Origin: Emiliania huxleyi CCMP1516
Taxonomy: Eukaryota
Direction of reading: 5' to 3'
Length of the DNA: 64,000 nucleotides
Assembly (NCBI RefSeq): GCF_000372725.1
Contig: NW_005201249.1
Location: 272,198 to 336,197 of the forward strand
The translations under genes and the position numbers were made by a program. This document shows positions 58,122 through 64,000 of the stretch, one piece after another. The notes below the pieces were generated by a model. It was not told where the DNA came from. It saw nothing but the letters and a program-made list of their open reading frames with translations, and ran no database searches. Position 1 is the stretch's first letter. Each line of letters opens with the position of its first letter.

Positions 58122-59029
58122 ATGGTTGCCTCCCTCCTGGGCTTCGCCGCGCTCCTTGGCTTCAGCCCGCGCCCGCAGCCTCCCTCCAGCTACGATTATG
58201 ACTACGACAGCTATGATCCCGGACCCGTCGACAGCAACAGGTCCCAACAACTAGGCCAGTTCGTCAACGGCAGCACACAGCGGCTGGCTCGGTCTGCGAG
58301 CGGCAGCACACAGCGGCTGGCTCGGTCTGCGAGCGGAGGCTCTCAGCCGCCTGCGCATTGCCTCACCTTCGACGATGTTGCGGAGAAGTGGTTTCAGGCG
58401 TACGAGCAGCTTGCATCAGATGACGGCCACGACGTCTGCGTGAACAACAGGCTTCGAAAAGACATGAAGAAGATGTGTCTCCCTGCGTTGGCGATCGCTG
58501 TGAGCGAGTCTTACGACATCGGCCAGTGCACTATCTCCGCCGGCGCGCCGTTCGACTCGTCCGCATGCAATGGCGGTACGATGTGCGGTGTCTGGCAGAT
58601 CGTCGGCTGCTATCAGCCGCTGTGCCTGCCAGGCTTCACCGCCGACGTTCCCAACCCACCGGACGTCGCGACTCACGCCAAGGCCATCTACACGCACCTG
58701 ACCAGCTCCGAACCAAATTGGGGTTGCAACGGCGAGTACTCCGGCAAGCTGACCTCGGCGACCATCCCGGGCATCCGGCAGAAGCAGCGCCTAGACGGCT
58801 CGAAAGGGCACCGCTTCTGCGCCGGGGCATGTACACGCCGTCACACGGCCCTCGGCCCACTGCCCGAACACCTCTGTCCACACCGATAACAGTCTTCGCG
58901 CTCGTTGCCTCAGGGACGGGCGGCAACTATAAAAACAATGTGCTCAACCGGGTCGACGGGAAGTTCAAAACCCTCAAGAAAGCGTGCAACCGGGCACTGA
59001 AAAGAGTGCTGCGCAGCAGCCAGTGTTAG
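58122..59029 (+). CDS. Secreted Cys-rich protein with lysozyme/lytic-transglycosylase-like motifs
   Basis: Signal-like N-terminus; ALAIAVSES...CGVWQI; one intron ~58830-58912; 33-bp internal duplication at ~58268-58335. Confidence 0.55.
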
Positions 59030-59274
59030 AAGTCAAGAGGTGCCCCGGGAGGTGGGCCAGTGTTAAGAGGGCTGCCGGGGCGATATGGGAGTGAAGGACG
59101 ACAAAGTCTCTCCACCTTGCAGGGAAAAGGGAGAAGAGGAGTCGGGGAGGGTCTCAAGAAGAAGCGTCGTCCCCGCAGCGCGCCGCGAGAGCCGAAGCGA
59201 CGACGCCTGAGGGCCTGACCCTAGGCCTGACCAGCAAGCACGCGCGCGCGATTTCTTTTGCGAGCTCAGCAGAG

Positions 59275-59916
59275 ATGGCTCGGAGCGTCTCCTGCTTGCT
59301 GCTCGGCCTCTTGGCCAGCGCCAGCGCGCTTTCGCTCGGCGCGCGGGCTGCCCCGGCGGCCGCCGCCCGCGGCTGCCCGACGATGATGGCGGCCGCTGCC
59401 TTCCGCACTGGCGACATGGTCAAGATCCTTTCGGGAGACGACAAGGGCGCCGTCGGAAAGGAGCGCCCGACGCCCCGCGCAAGCCGGCCGCGCCTCCGCT
59501 CGCGTGCGAGGCTGGGAGGCAAGACCTCACCGACGTCCCATTGCACGCGCAGGTCATCTCGCTCGACCGGAAAACGAACAAGGTTGTCGTCGAGGGAGTC
59601 AATGTGCGCGCCACACAGCTGCGTCCACATCGCCTGACTCTGGGCACCTGGCCAGCTCGCCGCTTCGTCCACCACCCGCTATCGCCACCCACAATCGCCG
59701 CCGATCAGCGCCACAGCACCACGAATCAGCCGCCGCCGCGCGTTTCCCTCACCCTCATCGCCACGGGCACGGCAGGTGCGCACCAAGCACGTCAAGCCGA
59801 TGAAGGAGGGCGAGCAGGGCCGGCTGCTCAAGCGCGAGGTTGCCGTGCACCTTTCCAACGTCGCGCCGTCCGATGAGCCCGCGCCGGCAGAGGCTGCAGC
59901 GCCGGCCGCCGAGTAG
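59275..59916 (+). CDS. rpl24: Plastid ribosomal protein uL24 (nuclear-encoded)
   Basis: Bipartite targeting peptide; FRTGDMVKILSGDDKGAVGK|VISLDRKTNKVVVEGVN|VRTKHVKP..EVAVHLSNV; introns 59461-59552 and 59604-59775. Confidence 0.95.
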
Positions 59917-60076
59917 CGTCTGAGAGCGTAGTCTACACCTTCCCGGACTTATTTCTTGTCTCTTCCCCGCGCGCGGGTACCGAGTTGTACAAGTACTGCT
60001 CCTGTGTTCTTTTTACCCAGAGGATCGCTGAATTGGATCCCTTGTCCAAAACACACACATACCGCGGAGCGAGCGG

Positions 60077-61102
60077 TCAGAGCAGCTCGAAGCTGCTGGC
60101 CGCCTCGCGGTACACCTCGGGGCGCGCCTCCCACTCGGCCGCGGGCACGCGGGACGCAAACGTGAAAAGGTTGTCCCGCTTGGCGCCGACGACGCAGACA
60201 GTGTAGGTCGGCGCCTTGTTCAGGGAGGGGTACTCGACCTTATACTCGAACTGGTAGAGCGGCAGCCCGGTCTGTGCGGAGGCCCGCTCGAAGGAGCCGA
60301 GAAGTGTCGTCTCGCGCACGCCCGGCTTTGCGATGCTCGACTGCAGCAGCCGCTCCGCAGCCTCGGCGGGCGGGCCCAGCGTGCCGCGCAGGCTGAAGCC
60401 GGCCACCAGGCTGCCGATGACGACGCTCAGGTTCTCCTCGCCCGCCTGGCCGGGAGGTCCAAACGCGACGTCAGGCCCGCTCCCGCGCGGCGGCGCCCGG
60501 GCGGCGGCGCCGCCGCGAGCGGCTGCGAGCGCCGGGTCCATCGTCCGCTGCGCGTAGGCTCGGTCGGCGTTGCGGAGGAAGACGGCCTGGTCCTGCACGT
60601 AATTCGCCGGGTACCGGAACTCGAACCGGCTCGCCGGGTCGACGTAGCGCTGGAAGCCGGGCCCGTAGTCGAGTCCGCCGGCAGAGTACGGGTAGAACCG
60701 CTGGTCCGATATGGGGTAAAAGGTGTCGAGCCGGCGCGCGCGTGCCGCCTCGGGCGCGAGAGAGAGCAGGAAGGAGCCAGAGCCCCAGAGGTTGACTGCG
60801 GGAGCGATAAGGGTTGCGCCCAGCGCGGGAAGCAGCGCGCGGCGAGGTCGAGGACCCAGCAGCCAGAACCACAGAGGCAGCGGCTCGTCGTCGGAGAAGC
60901 GGCCGGCGCCACTCCAGTTCGAGCTGTAGCGCGGCGCTTCGCCCTCGGCGGTCGCCGGCTGCTGCGAGGCCGGAGGCTCCGGCTGCGCGCCTGGCGGCGG
61001 CGAGCACAGTCTGCCGCCACGCGCGCGGAGCCGAGGCGGCCGCGCAGCGGCGGCGCCGCCGGGAACGAGCGAGGTGGCGGCTGCGGCGAAGATCGATAGC
61101 AT
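60077..61102 (-). CDS. PsbP-domain thylakoid lumen protein (PPD-like)
   Basis: Transit-like N-terminus, RR + hydrophobic segment, FQRYVD..FEFRYP, AFGPPG..ENLSVVI, LYQFEY, LFTF..W..AASSFELL. Confidence 0.85.
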   Translation of the reverse strand: MLSIFAAAATSLVPGGAAAARPPRLRARGGRLCSPPPGAQPEPPASQQPATAEGEAPRYSSNWSGAGRFSDDEPLPLWFWLLGPRPRRALLPALGATLIAPAVNLWGSGSFLLSLAPEAARARRLDTFYPISDQRFYPYSAGGLDYGPGFQRYVDPASRFEFRYPANYVQDQAVFLRNADRAYAQRTMDPALAAARGGAAARAPPRGSGPDVAFGPPGQAGEENLSVVIGSLVAGFSLRGTLGPPAEAAERLLQSSIAKPGVRETTLLGSFERASAQTGLPLYQFEYKVEYPSLNKAPTYTVCVVGAKRDNLFTFASRVPAAEWEARPEVYREAASSFELL

Positions 61103-61248
61103 ATGGTGTATTCGGAGAGGGGGTTGTGTTCTCTAGGCCCCAAGGGCCCTGCGCGCGGCGTGGGAAGCGAGCTTTGCACAGCTTGCACCAGCTAGCACGG
61201 CGATCAAAAATGGCGCACTTCACTCCCTTCAGGCGAAAGAAGCAGCTG

Positions 61249-63025
61249 TCCTATACGAGAGAGGAATCCCTGGGACCCTGTCGTGTGGGTGAACCCTGCC
61301 CAGCCCCCCTCCGTGTCGCGATGCGCTCCCCGCTCCCGTTCCCCTGTGTCCCTGATCGTCCTTACAAGATCCTGCTCGTGCAGGTGGGGACCCTGTCTGT
61401 CCTTCTCCCACCCCTCGTTTGGCGTGCCCGTTTTATTTATTTATTTATAGAAGCCGCGAGAACAAGGGACCGGCAGGCGGCGGCGTCGCAGGACGAGGCA
61501 GAAGAGAACGACGCGACAGAGGAGGAAGTGACAAGGGAGAGAACGACGAGAGTGGGACGACCGCGAGGTGGCATGAAGGTTGCAGCGAGAATCGGCGAGA
61601 GACTGCGAAGAGAGATAGGAAGAGGCAGACTCCCTAGGGTGGGCGACGGCTAGCGCACCACACACCTCTCCTTAAAATCCCTGTGTGGTGGCGGCACTTG
61701 GAGCACTTGGAGTGCAGTCGGTAACCTCACATCCAGGGCCGGTGAGCTGAGAAGCGCATCCAGCGGGCCGGATGATCGGGATCGGGCTACGGGCTAGAGA
61801 GCCCTGACCCCTAGCTAGGGGGGGGGCGCGCATTCGCAGGGCAAGGGCCTTAAAGTAAACACGGGTCTCCGAGGGTTAGTTCTGCGCTTTGGGTGACCCC
61901 AGCGGCGGAATTTTTCCCTCGCGCTGTGGGTCCCCCTAGCTGCGGAACGCCCCCTCTACTCGGAGCTAAAAGAATACTCTCCGAGGGTTAGCCCCGCGTA
62001 CCAGGTTTCCCCTTAACTGCAGAACGCCCCCTCTACTCGGAGCTAGTGGACACGACACTAACTACTGATACGAGAATACATACCGCCCCCACGCAACTAC
62101 TCGAAGATAATACGAGAATACGCAGCTGCGAGACGCCTATAAAGAAACAGCGAGGTAAAGTTCGGCGGCTATGATAAACCGAAAGTTGTCGTAAAACGCG
62201 GGCGAAAGCAAAGCAGAGGGCGGGCGCTTTCTGCCGCAGCGATGCCCGCAGCCTGTCGAGCAGCTTCCGCGGCGCACACATGCGCCGCGGGGTTGAACGA
62301 CAGCCGCGCCTCTCGTGCCACGCGCGGCGACGCGCACCCTGCGCGCCAGTCGGCGCACTGGCAGTACTGCACCAGCCAGCACGGCGTGGAGCAATGCATC
62401 CAGGGCATTGTGTTGGGCGCCAGCCAGCATGCCTCAGCACAGAGCAAGAGCGCATGCTGCGCACCCTGGCGCAGCACCAGCTCGCCTCCAATCAGGCACT
62501 CTCACCACTGCACAGCCGCCCACGAGCGCCCGCAGCTGCACTGCTCAACGCTCAAGCTCAGGAGCCTCCCCTTGTTGTCACAGCTTTGTGCAGTGCAGCG
62601 TGCGAGCAGCGCAGCGCCAGGCAGACCCGTGGCACGCCCGGGCGGCTGTGGGACGGAGGCCCGCCGAGCGAGTGCGAGCCGCATCGGCGGCCATGTCTCC
62701 CGCAGCCGCGAGCGAGCGGTGCAAAGAGGCAGCGTCGCGCATGCTTTTCCGTAACGGTCGCGGACACACTCCTTTCTTATGCGGCGTGCCGTCCTCCCAT
62801 CCCTCCCTTGGGTTGTCTGTTTTCTTTCTTTCTTTCTTCACTCCCTTCACCAAGCGATGGAGACGCGTTCCGGCCCTATGCGCATGTCTTGTCGCCCTAG
62901 GGGCTCGGGCCCCGGCCTGAACTCCTCACTGCACTGTTGCAGAATGTCCCCTTGTAAGAGAGAGATTTTTATTCTCTTCTCTCCTTGTAATGTAAATAAA
63001 TAAATACAACGGACATCCCAAGCTA
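61249..63025 (+). mobile_element. Nested repeat cluster: family B, family A interrupted by a family C-bearing insert, remainder of A, inverted B tail
   Basis: B 61249-61447; A 61450-61695 resuming at 62781-62838; insert 61696-62780 flanked by GCGGC. Confidence 0.75.
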
Positions 63026-63322
63026 TGAATAGTAGGATCTTGTCACAGGTATGGTAAATTTCCGGAAATTTCTCCTTCCGAACAAGCCTGTCATATTTCT
63101 CAAAATATTTCGGGAAATCTACGTTTGCCCCAAGGGGTCCAGCATCGGCACGGCCCCTGGCACCGCGGCCCTTGCCGCGCTGCTGCTGCCCACGCTTCCT
63201 GCCCGGGTTAGGGACAGTGAAGGAGCAGCCGCGCACTCCGCCGCCGCTGACCTTTTTGTTTTCTTGCGCTTTCTCTTTTGGTTGGCCCGCCGGGAAACTT
63301 CCAAGAACATTTGCCTTTCGCC

Positions 63323-64000
63323 ATGAGATCCCGCTCTGGGGTCCTGCTCGCCTTCGCCACTGCCGCCGCTGCCTTCGCGCCGGCCCAGCTGCAGCAGCCT
63401 CGGCTCTCGTCCGCGACCGCGCCAGCCCTCTTGCCGGCGCGGCCGCTTGCTGCGACGCGGCCGCTTGTTGCGACGCGACCAGCTCGGCATGCGCAGCCTG
63501 CAATGTTCCTCGGCGTCCGCAAGGCGCTGATCTCGGTGCCGGTGCTGTACGTGCTGATGAGCCTCAACGAGTACGCCACCCACCGCTGGTATCAGCACGA
63601 GGAGTTTAACCGCAACCACGCCTTCAACCGGTGAGCCACTTCCGAGACACCTCTGGCACACGCCTGCGACACCCACCACAACCACGGACGTGACGATCCG
63701 ACGAAAGCCGCCACCTCGCGCTCGCATCCGCCGCCCACCTCCCTCCGCTCCCGCCCCGTCGCGCAGCTTCTTCCAGCGGCTGCTGTCGGTGCTCAAGAAC
63801 AGGCCGATGCGGCTGCCGGACGGGAGGGCCAACCTGGTCAAGCTCAAGGGCGGGGGACACGTCGAGGCGCGAGACACAGCCGAGAGAGAGAGGGCCGGGA
63901 TCGCCTCGACCGGGATCGCCTCGACCGCGCCAAGGGCAGCCGCCGTGTCGAGACGCGCAGTCGATCCTGTTCGCGCTTGCTTGCGCCGCCCCGCCGCCGC
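63323..64000 (+). CDS. Plastid-targeted histidine-box membrane hydroxylase/desaturase-like protein (5' part)
   Basis: Signal ...AAAAFAP + transit peptide; TM segment then EYATHRWYQH (HxxxxH); next exon ends GGGHVE; truncated by window end. Confidence 0.6.

Overview
This is eukaryotic, very GC-rich, intron-rich nuclear DNA with 100-N scaffold gaps. The GC-AG/GA-AG introns, intronic (ATCTCCCCAT)n repeats, TTAGGG arrays and plastid-targeted nuclear genes suggest a haptophyte alga, probably Emiliania/Gephyrocapsa huxleyi (inference). About 22 spliced genes are recognisable: RhoGAP, a CHAT/caspase-like protease, NEDD8, an HSF fragment, a TMEM144-like + PIN-like + GPCR-like (GPR155/LYCHOS-type) membrane fusion, a ShKT protein, KRE6/SKN1 GH16, an EF-hand membrane protein, a CBS protein, RsmB, PAN-like proteins, GT47, PAP2, F-box/RCC1, NHL-BTB, a divergent threonine dehydratase, a lysozyme-like protein, plastid uL24, a PsbP-domain protein and a histidine-box hydroxylase. 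Mobile DNA includes an intact RTE-type LINE with a 14-bp TSD, inserted in frame into an upstream ORF; a 313-bp TRIM with identical LTRs, PBS, PPT and TSD; a deleted copia element; nested LINE 3'-end fragments; and MITE-like inverted repeats. There is also a fragment resembling a giant-virus major capsid protein. Many introns begin with a near-copy of the next exon's first bases. Exon boundaries were read by eye and are approximate, and family assignments come from recalled motifs rather than searches.
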